DNA of 32,000 bases from Pyrolobus fumarii 1A (lineage in GTDB: Archaea; Thermoproteota; Thermoprotei_A; Sulfolobales; Pyrodictiaceae). The translations under genes and the position numbers were made by a program. Location: assembly GCF_000223395.1 (NCBI RefSeq), contig NC_015931.1, positions 720,001-752,000 on the forward strand, written 5' to 3'. The notes under the pieces were generated by a model. That model saw only the letters and a list, made by a program, of their open reading frames with translations. It was not told the DNA's origin and searched no databases. Below are positions 8,632 to 17,022 of the stretch, piece after piece (the first letter of the stretch is position 1; each line of letters begins with the position of its first letter).

Positions 8632-9276
8632 TCACCTATGAGTACCCACTATGCACACAAACCCTGCCCTCTCACTACATTCGAGGCGAGGCTCTTCAAC
8701 ATCACGTGGCCCCGGGGGATTCGTGTATAGCGTTGATACGCAACGTTCCACGCTTAACCCTGCTCCTTTCATTATCGCTGCTACCTCGCCTACCGTGTAG
8801 AAGCGCGCATACTTGTAGAACGGATTTCGAGACAAACGCGTCTTGTACATCACTCCCCACGGCGAGTCTCTAGGTACTATGCACGCTACGACTTTCCGTG
8901 CCACTCTAGCAGCCTCTGTCAACACTCGTTGAGGTTCACGCACGAAACACAGCGTGACAACCAGTAGCACTACATCCAGGCTATTGCCTCGCAGTGGCAG
9001 CGTCTCGCCCACACCCTGTACAACGTCAACGCCCCTCCTCTTAGCAAGGCCCAACATGGACAAAGATGGGTCGATGCCTAGCAGTACGCCTAGCCTAGCG
9101 GCGAAACGCCCTGTCCCTACCCCAACCTCGACAGCACGTAACGTCTCGCTACCCTCCAACGCCTTTGCAACCGCCCTCACCTCGCTCTCGTATAGCACGC
9201 GGTTACGCTCATACCATTCATCGTATCTAGCCCAGTACTCGTCAAAAACACGCACTTCAGGCCTGTCCACGGTCAA
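8632..9276 (-). CDS. Class I SAM-dependent methyltransferase (Methyltransf_11-like)
   Basis: VEVGVGTGRFAARLGV..GIDPS is SAM-binding motif I. The ORF is open to 9471, but the first 65 codons are Arg/Gly-rich junk lying over a 77% GC element. In-frame TTG 9276 or GTG 9270 precede VRVFDEYWARYDEWYERN, a typical N-terminus. Confidence 0.7.
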   Translation of the reverse strand: MTVDRPEVRVFDEYWARYDEWYERNRVLYESEVRAVAKALEGSETLRAVEVGVGTGRFAARLGVLLGIDPSLSMLGLAKRRGVDVVQGVGETLPLRGNSLDVVLLVVTLCFVREPQRVLTEAARVARKVVACIVPRDSPWGVMYKTRLSRNPFYKYARFYTVGEVAAIMKGAGLSVERCVSTLYTNPPGPRDVEEPRLECSERAGFVCIVGTHR

Positions 9277-9345
9277 AGCCCAACCGCTCCCAAGATGCAA
9301 GAGGCTACAGCCAAACGTTAAACAGAGCAGGGTGCACAACACGTC

Positions 9346-9433
9346 TCTGCCGGGGGCTTGCGCCCCTCGGCCGACGCCCGGCTGACACCGGCCGCTATGC
9401 CGAGCCCGGGATGAAGCCGGGTCCTGCTCGGGC
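9346..9433. ncRNA. Candidate structured GC-rich element (three consecutive hairpins); strand and function unknown
   Basis: 77 G+C in the 100 nt from 9341 to 9440 (hand count). Hairpins: 9350-9370 (8 bp, UUGC loop), 9378-9391, and 9400-9431 (CCGAG-CCCGG-GAUGAAG-CCGGG-UCCUG-CUCGG). Confidence 0.25.
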
Positions 9434-9507
9434 ACCCCGCGCCTAACAATACGGATACGGGAGTTCGCCACTACACTCTACCAGGGTAACGTTGAGGGTG
9501 TACCAAC

Positions 9508-10842
9508 GTGCCTAGAGGCGCAGTTATACTTGTTGAGCATCGTGACACCAAGTATAGCATTAACGCTCTTGTGGCGTCGCTTGACGCTGCCCGCGTAGCA
9601 GATGTCATGGTATCTAGGTGGCTTAGCGAGGCGCTTAGCACTCTGACCGGGATCGTCGAACGCTATGAGCGTATAGTTGTCGGCGTTTCTCTCATGACCG
9701 AGCATTTCGTCACAGAGTTTAGCGCTATACGCGAGTTTGTGTCAAAGGCTAGGCGGGTGGCAGGAGAGAAGCTCCTTCTGGTTGCAGGCGGGCCCCACGC
9801 TACTGGCGACCCTCTCGGCACGCTACGGACTGGTTTTGATGCCGTTGTTGTCGGTGAGGGCGAGGTTACACTACCCCTGCTCGTAGAGGCGTGGTTCGAG
9901 GAAGGCTGGGACGGCGTCACTCGCGTTAAGGGCGTCGCATTCCTCGAAGAGGATAGACTCGTGTATACTGGCCACCGGCCCAGGATCAACCTTGACGAGT
10001 ACTGGTCCTTCCCGTGGTGGAGACGCCGCTTCTCACCCATCGAGATAACCAGGGGTTGCCACTGGGGCTGCAGGTACTGCGAAACCTGGTTCATACATGG
10101 TGGTAGGGAGAGACACAGGAGTATAGAGAGTATACTGGAGCACGTGAGGATAATGCTGAAGCATGGATTACGAGATATACGGTTTATCACACCGAACGCG
10201 CTTGGCTATGGGGAGCGTGTAAGGGGAGAGAGATGCCTAGATCTTGTCGGCGACCTGCTTGAGACTATCCACAGAGTCGGTAGCCGCGAGGGCGCACGCA
10301 TATTCTTCGGTAGCTTCCCTAGCGAGGTCCGACCAGAGTACGTTGACGACGAGGCGGCTAGGCTGTTAAAACGCTATGTCGCAAACAAGCGCGTGATTAT
10401 AGGCGCCCAGTCTGGCAGCGAGAGGATACTAAAATTGCTGAATAGGGGACACACGCCAGAGGACGTGCTAAACGCCGTGCATGTGCTAGTGAGGCACGGC
10501 TTCCGCCCCGAGGTGGACTTCATTTTCGGTCTGCCCGGCGAGACTAGAGAAGACATAGAGGCGAGCCTCAACCTGATGAAACAGATTGTCAAGCTTGGTG
10601 GCCGTGTACACGCACACACCTTCATGCCGTTACCAGGGACACCGTTGGAATCAGCACCGGGCGGTAGGATACCACAGTGGCTGCGCCGGGAGATACACAG
10701 GCTAATAGGCTTTGGCGGCCTTTATGGTCAGTGGGAGAAGCAGGAGAAGCTTGCTCAACTGATACACGATTTCTACCGTAAGGGGTTGATACAGGGGCTA
10801 CGCGGCTGGAGCAACGCCATACTAAGGCCCGGCAGTATGTGA
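9508..10842 (+). CDS. B12-binding-domain radical SAM protein
   Basis: ITRGCHWGCRYC is the CxxxCxxC radical SAM cluster motif. The N-terminal LLLVAGGPHATGDP is a Rossmann-like B12-binding-type domain. GTG start. Confidence 0.85.
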   Translation: MPRGAVILVEHRDTKYSINALVASLDAARVADVMVSRWLSEALSTLTGIVERYERIVVGVSLMTEHFVTEFSAIREFVSKARRVAGEKLLLVAGGPHATGDPLGTLRTGFDAVVVGEGEVTLPLLVEAWFEEGWDGVTRVKGVAFLEEDRLVYTGHRPRINLDEYWSFPWWRRRFSPIEITRGCHWGCRYCETWFIHGGRERHRSIESILEHVRIMLKHGLRDIRFITPNALGYGERVRGERCLDLVGDLLETIHRVGSREGARIFFGSFPSEVRPEYVDDEAARLLKRYVANKRVIIGAQSGSERILKLLNRGHTPEDVLNAVHVLVRHGFRPEVDFIFGLPGETREDIEASLNLMKQIVKLGGRVHAHTFMPLPGTPLESAPGGRIPQWLRREIHRLIGFGGLYGQWEKQEKLAQLIHDFYRKGLIQGLRGWSNAILRPGSM

Positions 10843-11058
10843 CCCAACTGCTCTGGATCTCTCTTCAGAGGCGCGTCTAGCTACCGGCCTAGTATCGACT
10901 TCAAAACATATCTGCTGCAAGCGATATACTCCGTGTAAAAGGCGCTAGTTTCCATTGTATACCATCGTATGCTTTGCTCACCCTTTACCACCAAGCAAAT
11001 TAAGAGGATGAGGAGAATAACTACCGGCATAGAAAAACGTGTCATATGAGGCAAGGGC

Positions 11059-11799
11059 TTATTTCAGTAATAGGCTCGCCCATGGATCCTCTGTTAGATC
11101 GGCGAGTGTCTTTGGTATACGGTTGACTAGTATCTTTGAGATCAGCGCTAGCGCTGTTCCTATGGTGCGGTAGGCTAGACCTCTAAACACTAACGAGTAT
11201 ATCAGCCAGATAGAGCCCACGGCTATGTGTGGGGCTAGCGCCTGAAGCCCCGGAGCTAGCGCATTCATTGATGCTAGGTACGGGCCTATGATTGCCACCG
11301 CCCATGCTGTTAACAACGTCGCTATGAACAGCAGGTGGTCTAGTATGTCTCTACCCGTGTATCCTCTTGGAAACAGGACTCGCTCTAGCCATTTACTGCG
11401 CAGTAGATAGGCGCCCACCACGGCAGCCGTGTAGGCTGGCGCCGCGAAGTAGAGCCCGGTTATTATGTGAGCGTGGTAGCCCATTCCTATGGCTAGCTGA
11501 GGCCAGCTTATGAAGAACTTCTCTAGCTCTGGCGAGATTATGGGCAACGCGTGTGGACGCAGGACGGTATTAGCAGCGTAGATCACTCCCCTAGTAGCAC
11601 CAACTATTATCGCCGTTAATGCTGCAGCGACTATGCCTAGGTATAACAGCCAGGTTACTAGCCACTCGCCAACATCCCTCCTCTTCAACAAGACCCTAAG
11701 GTTTAGCACTAAATCAAACAACGCCACTATCCTTGGCATTACGTGCTCGGAGACCCAACTATACTCGGAACGAGCCCGAGCCTCCACCCCACTCATCAC
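11059..11799 (-). CDS. Integral membrane protein (4-5 TM) with intramembrane His residues; possible b-type cytochrome or quinol-interacting partner of the 14-haem cytochrome
   Basis: Its start overlaps the stop of the upstream cytochrome gene (minus strand reads GTGATG at 11799-11794). TM-embedded His occur in GYHAHIITGLYF, LDHLLFIATLL and APHIAVGSIW. The functional call is inference. Confidence 0.6.
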   Translation of the reverse strand: MMSGVEARARSEYSWVSEHVMPRIVALFDLVLNLRVLLKRRDVGEWLVTWLLYLGIVAAALTAIIVGATRGVIYAANTVLRPHALPIISPELEKFFISWPQLAIGMGYHAHIITGLYFAAPAYTAAVVGAYLLRSKWLERVLFPRGYTGRDILDHLLFIATLLTAWAVAIIGPYLASMNALAPGLQALAPHIAVGSIWLIYSLVFRGLAYRTIGTALALISKILVNRIPKTLADLTEDPWASLLLK

Positions 11800-13076
11800 C
11801 TCTCACCCCCTTCATACACGTAAACAACTCGTGGAGTCTGGACGAGATGCCATTCATAGTGGCACTCGAAACAATTACCATCAGCCTTCTTGACCATCAT
11901 CTCGTGCATGATACCATAGCCGCTTACAAGTGCTGCGTGCATAGCTAGTCCACGCAGAGCGTCACTCTTGAGTCCACCATACTCGTCGTGGCACTTGCCG
12001 CATAGCTCTACATCCGCTGCCGATTTTACAAAGACAGTATGGTTGATTGGATTGGGCTCGTGGCATACGCTACAGTTGTAACTATAAGCCGCTGCATGTA
12101 CAAGGTGTAACCCCACGCTCACTGCTTCACGTATGGTGTCACCATGACAACCCTTACAACCGCGGAGAGCAACCAATGTAACATTCGGTGCCACGAAGCC
12201 TCTATGGCACTTACTACAATCCTGTAACTCCTCATACTTGTCGTGTAGCTTAGTCTTACGGGGGTCGTGGCACTCGACACAAATGTCGATACCAGGTTTC
12301 CAGCCGTGAGGCATGTCGGATAGATGGCAGTCGATGCACACTATTGTCCTATGCTCATACTCCTTACCGTAGTGCTTCTGGTGCCCATCGTTTAGAGGTT
12401 CTGTGTGGCAGGCGAGGCATGGGTTCACAGGTCTATATGTGAAGCCCAGCTTCTCCATCAGCATTCCTACAGCCATGTTGACGCCTCCATAGCTGGTGGC
12501 GTTTGGCGCTAGTTGCGCAGCAGGCACCACGGGGCTCTCAGAGTGACACGCGGTACAGGCTGCGCGTATGGTCTTGACCATATCACCGTGTATCTCAGCC
12601 GCATCGTGACACTTCAAACAGACCTTATTGCGTGGCTTATCCGTGTGGTGACCATGGTACGCATTAACATGACAATCCACGCATTGGACCGGGCGCGCGA
12701 GTCCCATCTTCGCTAGTTCCTCCTCACTAGCCTCTAGGTGTTTCCAGTGGAACTCTCCAGGAACACGGTGACACATTAGACACTCTCCATGCTCCTCAAC
12801 AAGGTGCTCTAACTTGACGTCGCGATAGAAGGGTATGCCTGGAAGTATCTCGCTCTTTACGCCGAAGCCGTGGCACCCGATACACCAGAACGGCCCGGTT
12901 ATGTTCTTAGGATCGAGAACCTTCGTGTCGTGGCAGCCTTCGCTGCAGAGCGACACGCTCTCAAAGTACCCTGGTATTGTAGCCTTCCAGTACCCCCACA
13001 TAGCCACTACAAACACAGCTATTATCAAGATTGTTTTCACAAGTTTCGTAGCAACGCTTGCCGTCATAGCATCCAC
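11796..13076 (-). CDS. Membrane-anchored multihaem cytochrome c (14 haem-binding motifs)
   Basis: N-terminal TM KTILIIAVFVVAMWGYW. There are 13 CxxCH motifs (CIGCH, CLMCH, CVDCH, CLKCH, CTACH, CLACH, CIDCH, CVECH, CSKCH, CKGCH, CSVCH, CGKCH, CFECH) and one CxxxCH (CSEGCH) in 426 aa. GGTG lies upstream of the ATG. Confidence 0.9.
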   Translation of the reverse strand: MDAMTASVATKLVKTILIIAVFVVAMWGYWKATIPGYFESVSLCSEGCHDTKVLDPKNITGPFWCIGCHGFGVKSEILPGIPFYRDVKLEHLVEEHGECLMCHRVPGEFHWKHLEASEEELAKMGLARPVQCVDCHVNAYHGHHTDKPRNKVCLKCHDAAEIHGDMVKTIRAACTACHSESPVVPAAQLAPNATSYGGVNMAVGMLMEKLGFTYRPVNPCLACHTEPLNDGHQKHYGKEYEHRTIVCIDCHLSDMPHGWKPGIDICVECHDPRKTKLHDKYEELQDCSKCHRGFVAPNVTLVALRGCKGCHGDTIREAVSVGLHLVHAAAYSYNCSVCHEPNPINHTVFVKSAADVELCGKCHDEYGGLKSDALRGLAMHAALVSGYGIMHEMMVKKADGNCFECHYEWHLVQTPRVVYVYEGGER

Positions 13077-13160
13077 ACCCTTAGAACTACTTTACTCCAG
13101 TTTGTCTCAGAAAATAATGCTTATACTCAAATTTTTCCATCGTTCTTTAAGTAAGTAGCT

Positions 13161-14891
13161 TTAACTGCGTTCTTTGCGATTAATCGCAACACCCTCTAGA
13201 ATAGGGGCAGCGATAATACCCGCTATACCAACTGCATGAAGAAGGCCTGCGAGAGGCACGCGATACACGGTTACTACGGCATTCACATACTCTATGCTAG
13301 CGTTCTTCGAGAACGCGTAGTTCAACAGTAGTTTTGCAGTGCCCGTCAGGTCGCCTCTCTCACCCCAGCTGACAACCATGGCTGTATAGAGAGCGTAACG
13401 TAGCGCATCGTTACCTGTTAACTTCGGGTCAGAGAGCATGATGAGATAGTCCCTTGCTAGCTTACATGACTCGTTCTTGCTGAGCTCGATGCTGTCTAGC
13501 CACTCTAAGCTCCACAGGTCTAGACGCACATACGTTCCATTCGGCGTGATGCTCGACGGACAGGCTGCAACCGCCGGCGGGAGTACTAAGCTAGTCCCTA
13601 GACAGTCTATCTCTACTATCATTTGCGGTATGCTCGAAGGATGCTTAGAGGATATATTCAGTGCAGATACGTTGATACCCTTTGCCTCAGCCGCAAGACG
13701 CAACACGTGCGTAAACCGCGCGAATTCCAACGCAGCCTCCTTTCCAACGCTGCCCGCAAGCCAAGAGTAGACTATTGTCTGGTTTATCACGCCCCAGTAT
13801 AACGGATAGAAGTAGTGGACTATACTAGTGTCTGGTATCGGCGCTGGCCCGGTCTCGCCTAGCGAAACGGGCTTGACGCTACATTCTACGGCTATAGGCA
13901 CACGTGGGGCTGCCAGGAGGGCTAGGAGAGCTAGAACACCCACACAGATGCCGACCTTAGGCAGGATATCTGCTAGTCTAGTTCTCCTAGTGCTCATTAT
14001 GCTGGCTGCTACACCCGCCAGGCTTATACCCATGACCGTAACTAGCAGTGCACCAGCCCTGGCTACTAGAGGCACTGGAGCTACCGCTTCTATGGGCGTG
14101 GCTACACCCAAACCGATTAGCTGTAAGTCGCTGGGCGTTACACGCGCCTCCCTACGCACTAAAACTGGTAGTATAGTCCAAGCGCCCACAGCGACACCGA
14201 CAATGCCGGGCACCGCCTCGATGCCAGACCCGTAGACCCTCATGTACGGAGTGTAGCCGGCTAGAGCTAGTGAGGAGAGCACACCCATTGATGCAAGAGC
14301 GACCCCCCGACCGACATTGGCTCTGCTCGCGCAACCACCGACAACACATAGGGAGGCTACAACCAACATCAATGCTACTAGCGGCTCACCTACCAGCGGT
14401 ACATGGATGCGCGTGGTAAGAATCATCCACGTTGATAACACTCCTAGTATACAAGCAGATGCCACTCCCGAGGATAGGATCACAGTGTATTTAATCTTGT
14501 CGTTCCGGGCTACAAGACTACCAGCTGCAAAACCAGCAACTAGATACACGAGAGGCACTATGATGTCAAGAATGCCTGCGCCACGAGCATCATATTCTAC
14601 CAGCCCGCCTCCAAGGAGCCATGCTATGCCAGCGGAGATCGCCGCTATACTTCCTGGCATGTAGCTTCCACCTAAACGGGATGCTACGAGGATACCTAGC
14701 AGGAAGAGCGTTACGTGAAGCGGTGTCACTTGAGACAATGGACCAGCCACAAGCATAACGACGAGGATTGCCAATACTACGGGGCTTACAACTAATACTG
14801 CACTAGGCACTCTTCTTCCTCGTACAACGTGGTAGACGATAATCAACTCAAGGGTTATGGCGAGTAGCGCCAACGTGAAAGCGACATCCAT
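13161..14891 (-). CDS. Large polytopic membrane protein (~10 TM) with ~200-aa sequon-rich ectodomain and C-terminal TM; unknown function
   Basis: 576 aa. The N-terminal ~330 aa are almost entirely hydrophobic helices. The ectodomain carries NQT, NVS, NIS, NGT, NES and NAS sequons. The C-terminus is HAVGIAGIIAAPILEGVAINRKERS. No family recognised. Confidence 0.65.
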   Translation of the reverse strand: MDVAFTLALLAITLELIIVYHVVRGRRVPSAVLVVSPVVLAILVVMLVAGPLSQVTPLHVTLFLLGILVASRLGGSYMPGSIAAISAGIAWLLGGGLVEYDARGAGILDIIVPLVYLVAGFAAGSLVARNDKIKYTVILSSGVASACILGVLSTWMILTTRIHVPLVGEPLVALMLVVASLCVVGGCASRANVGRGVALASMGVLSSLALAGYTPYMRVYGSGIEAVPGIVGVAVGAWTILPVLVRREARVTPSDLQLIGLGVATPIEAVAPVPLVARAGALLVTVMGISLAGVAASIMSTRRTRLADILPKVGICVGVLALLALLAAPRVPIAVECSVKPVSLGETGPAPIPDTSIVHYFYPLYWGVINQTIVYSWLAGSVGKEAALEFARFTHVLRLAAEAKGINVSALNISSKHPSSIPQMIVEIDCLGTSLVLPPAVAACPSSITPNGTYVRLDLWSLEWLDSIELSKNESCKLARDYLIMLSDPKLTGNDALRYALYTAMVVSWGERGDLTGTAKLLLNYAFSKNASIEYVNAVVTVYRVPLAGLLHAVGIAGIIAAPILEGVAINRKERS

Positions 14892-14980
14892 ACACTTCAG
14901 CCATTAAAAATTATGAAAATAGTACATAAAAGTATTTCTATCATGTAGAATGTTTTGTGAGAAAAACGTAACGCGTATGT

Positions 14981-14986
14981 AAAAAA
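14981..14986 (-). terminator. T6 tract downstream of the octahaem cytochrome gene (candidate oligo-T terminator)
   Basis: A6 on the + strand at 14981-14986 (T6 on minus), 36-41 nt past the stop at 15022. It lies within a 130-nt AT-rich spacer. Confidence 0.3.
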
Positions 14987-15021
14987 GAAGTGGGGATGGG
15001 GTTAACCACAATGCCGCTTGT

Positions 15022-17022
15022 TTAGGCTACCCTCCTGACCGCGAACGCGACCATACCGAATGCTAGCGCTAGTAGGGAGGCAAGAGCGTTGGTGCTGCCG
15101 CCCTCCTCGCCAACGTCGACCTTTAGCACCTTAACCGCGCCGTCGGTCTTGACTGGGACGTCGGTTACTAGCGGCTTCACAATCGCCTCCTTAGCCTCGC
15201 TACCCTCAATCTTCTTGACGTACTCCTTGACCTCTGGTAGCTGAGTTATTAGGGTGTTGACTGTCTTCTCAATCTCGCTAACCACCAGCTCCTTCTCGAC
15301 CTTGCTCATGGTGGCAGTCGCGCCAGTTGCGCCAGTCTCACCCTCGAACTGCTCCTTGAGCCATGGCAGTATGTGCTCGATCTCCTCGATTATCTCTGGG
15401 GCCTTCTTGCGGATCGCTGGCCTCTCGTATAGGTCGATTAGCCACTCCTCGATCTTCTCGGCGAAGTGCATTATGCCCTCCCACCAGACGAAGTCTGGGC
15501 CGAAGTGGGCTGCAGACATCTTGGTCGGCCTGTTAGCCATGGCACCGAGGTTCCTCACTATCCACTTGTCCATTGGCGTGAAGAGGCCCTTCTCCTGCAG
15601 CTTCGTTACTATGTCTAGCACGTACTTGTCTCTCATGTAGTCGACTAGTATGATCATCCAGTCGTAGGTCTTTAGCCAGCTGGCAGCATACCTCTTCGTG
15701 TGGCACTGGGCACACATGTCGATAGCGCGCTGCCTCCTAGCCTTCCAGTCGGGCTCCGGATAGACTAGCTTGATCTCCTCGCCGGTTGTCGGGCTCTTGA
15801 AGACTGCTGGCTGTGTGGCAGTGGCGCCTGGGAAGGCTGGGTCTGGTAGGCCTGGCAGCCTTGGTAGTGTGACTAGCCAGCGACCTAGCTTGAACTTGCT
15901 GATGATCGCAACATCGTGGCTGCTCGCGTACTTGACCTCACCTCTCTCGTTGTACACCGCAGCCATGTGGCAGGTTACACAGGTTGGCGCCCTGAAGTCG
16001 CGACCTGGCACCCAGTTGTTGACTGGCTTGTCCCAGTCCCAGTCCTCAGCCTCGCCCCAGAAGATAGCGCCGTGGACGCTCTTGCTCCACTGTTCGTCGT
16101 TCGGGTGGTCTGGGCCAGTGTGGCAGCGGCCACAGGCCTGGTAGGCGCCCTTCCTAGCGATCTTGACGCTGAAGCTGTGGTATGGGTGGCACGCCTCACA
16201 GCTGCCTAGGCTGCCGTCCGGGTTGACGCGACCAATGCCGTGGTTGGTGACGAATGCTGGGTCGAAGATCACCTTGTCTGGCGCCTTACCCTCCTTCATG
16301 TACTTCATTAGCTCGTCTAGGCTCGGGTAGGCGAATGCATCCTTGACGTCTAGCCTTACACCGTGGCAGCCTAGACAGCCCCTGATACCCCAGATGTATA
16401 GCGCCTTGGTAACCCTGTAGTTGTCGATGTCTAGGCCTAGCGGGTTGTAGGGTATGATCGCGTTGGTTGGATCGCCATAGAGTACCTCCTTACCGTACTC
16501 GTTGTCGCCGGTGAACTCGCGGACGATCTCTGGCACCCACTCGGTCACTATGTACTCCTTGGGTAGCTTGAAGTCCTCAGTCCAGCCGAACTGTGCCGCA
16601 ACGATGGTCCAGTATGCTGGGAACTCGGATAGCGCGTAAGCGTGTAGGCCTGCGAAGGCGTGGACGCTCTTCTGGAACTCCTCAGCAATTGATGGGTGGC
16701 AGCGGCCGCACTGCTTGGGAGTCACTACGAGCGTTATGTAGTAGCCATAGTGCTCGAAGACGTCTGGCCTGGTACCGGGCTGGGCTGCGTGACACTCGTA
16801 GCAGCCTACACCCACTATGCGGTGCTTGCTCTTATACCAGTCGTAGACGATGAATGGTGTTGCACGCAGGTGACACTCGACACAGTCCTGCGACTCTTTC
16901 GTCAGCTTCACGCCCGCCAGGTTGATGTAGTCGCCCCACTCGAAGGTCATTGCAGTAGCGATGCCGCTGGCTAGTAGTAGGGCAATGAATAGGGATAGGG
17001 TGGCTAGTGCTACGCGTCTCAT
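15022..17022 (-). CDS. Octahaem cytochrome c of the hydroxylamine oxidoreductase (HAO)-like family, with C-terminal linker/stalk and TM anchor
   Basis: Eight CxxCH motifs: CVECH, CYECH, CGRCH, CLGCH, CEACH, CGRCH, CVTCH, CAQCH. HAO-like context includes CVECH...VYDWYKSKH and AAHFGPDFVWWEG. The ORF is open to GTG 17067, but ATG 17022 gives MRRVALATLSLFIALLLASGIATA. C-terminus is ALASLLALAFGMVAFAVRRVA. Confidence 0.85.
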   Translation of the reverse strand: MRRVALATLSLFIALLLASGIATAMTFEWGDYINLAGVKLTKESQDCVECHLRATPFIVYDWYKSKHRIVGVGCYECHAAQPGTRPDVFEHYGYYITLVVTPKQCGRCHPSIAEEFQKSVHAFAGLHAYALSEFPAYWTIVAAQFGWTEDFKLPKEYIVTEWVPEIVREFTGDNEYGKEVLYGDPTNAIIPYNPLGLDIDNYRVTKALYIWGIRGCLGCHGVRLDVKDAFAYPSLDELMKYMKEGKAPDKVIFDPAFVTNHGIGRVNPDGSLGSCEACHPYHSFSVKIARKGAYQACGRCHTGPDHPNDEQWSKSVHGAIFWGEAEDWDWDKPVNNWVPGRDFRAPTCVTCHMAAVYNERGEVKYASSHDVAIISKFKLGRWLVTLPRLPGLPDPAFPGATATQPAVFKSPTTGEEIKLVYPEPDWKARRQRAIDMCAQCHTKRYAASWLKTYDWMIILVDYMRDKYVLDIVTKLQEKGLFTPMDKWIVRNLGAMANRPTKMSAAHFGPDFVWWEGIMHFAEKIEEWLIDLYERPAIRKKAPEIIEEIEHILPWLKEQFEGETGATGATATMSKVEKELVVSEIEKTVNTLITQLPEVKEYVKKIEGSEAKEAIVKPLVTDVPVKTDGAVKVLKVDVGEEGGSTNALASLLALAFGMVAFAVRRVA

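Noticed and set aside
9382-9433. C/D box sRNA interpretation of CUGA and GAUGA elements in the GC-rich island
   Set aside because: The box order and spacing are wrong: about 24 nt separate CUGA and GAUGA. The C-like box is GGGAUGA (lacking U2), and no CUGA follows at guide distance.
9277-9471. N-terminal 65-codon extension of the methyltransferase ORF
   Set aside because: The extension (MANSRIRIVRRGVPEQDPASSRARHSGRCQPGVGRG...) is Arg/Gly/Pro-rich and non-globular. It coincides with the 77% GC hairpin region, and in-frame TTG/GTG starts sit just before the conserved N-terminus.
9663-10190. 175-aa minus-strand ORF inside the radical SAM gene
   Set aside because: It is antisense to a gene with a CxxxCxxC motif and has no features of its own.
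13828-14235. 135-aa + strand ORF (and neighbouring ORFs at 13477-13770 and 14317-14664) inside the 576-aa membrane protein gene
   Set aside because: These are antisense shadows with Ala/Arg/Thr/Pro-rich translations, typical of GC-rich reverse frames.
15770-16209. Several 74-124-aa ORFs on both strands inside the octahaem cytochrome gene
   Set aside because: They overlap a gene supported by eight haem motifs. Their translations are low-complexity.
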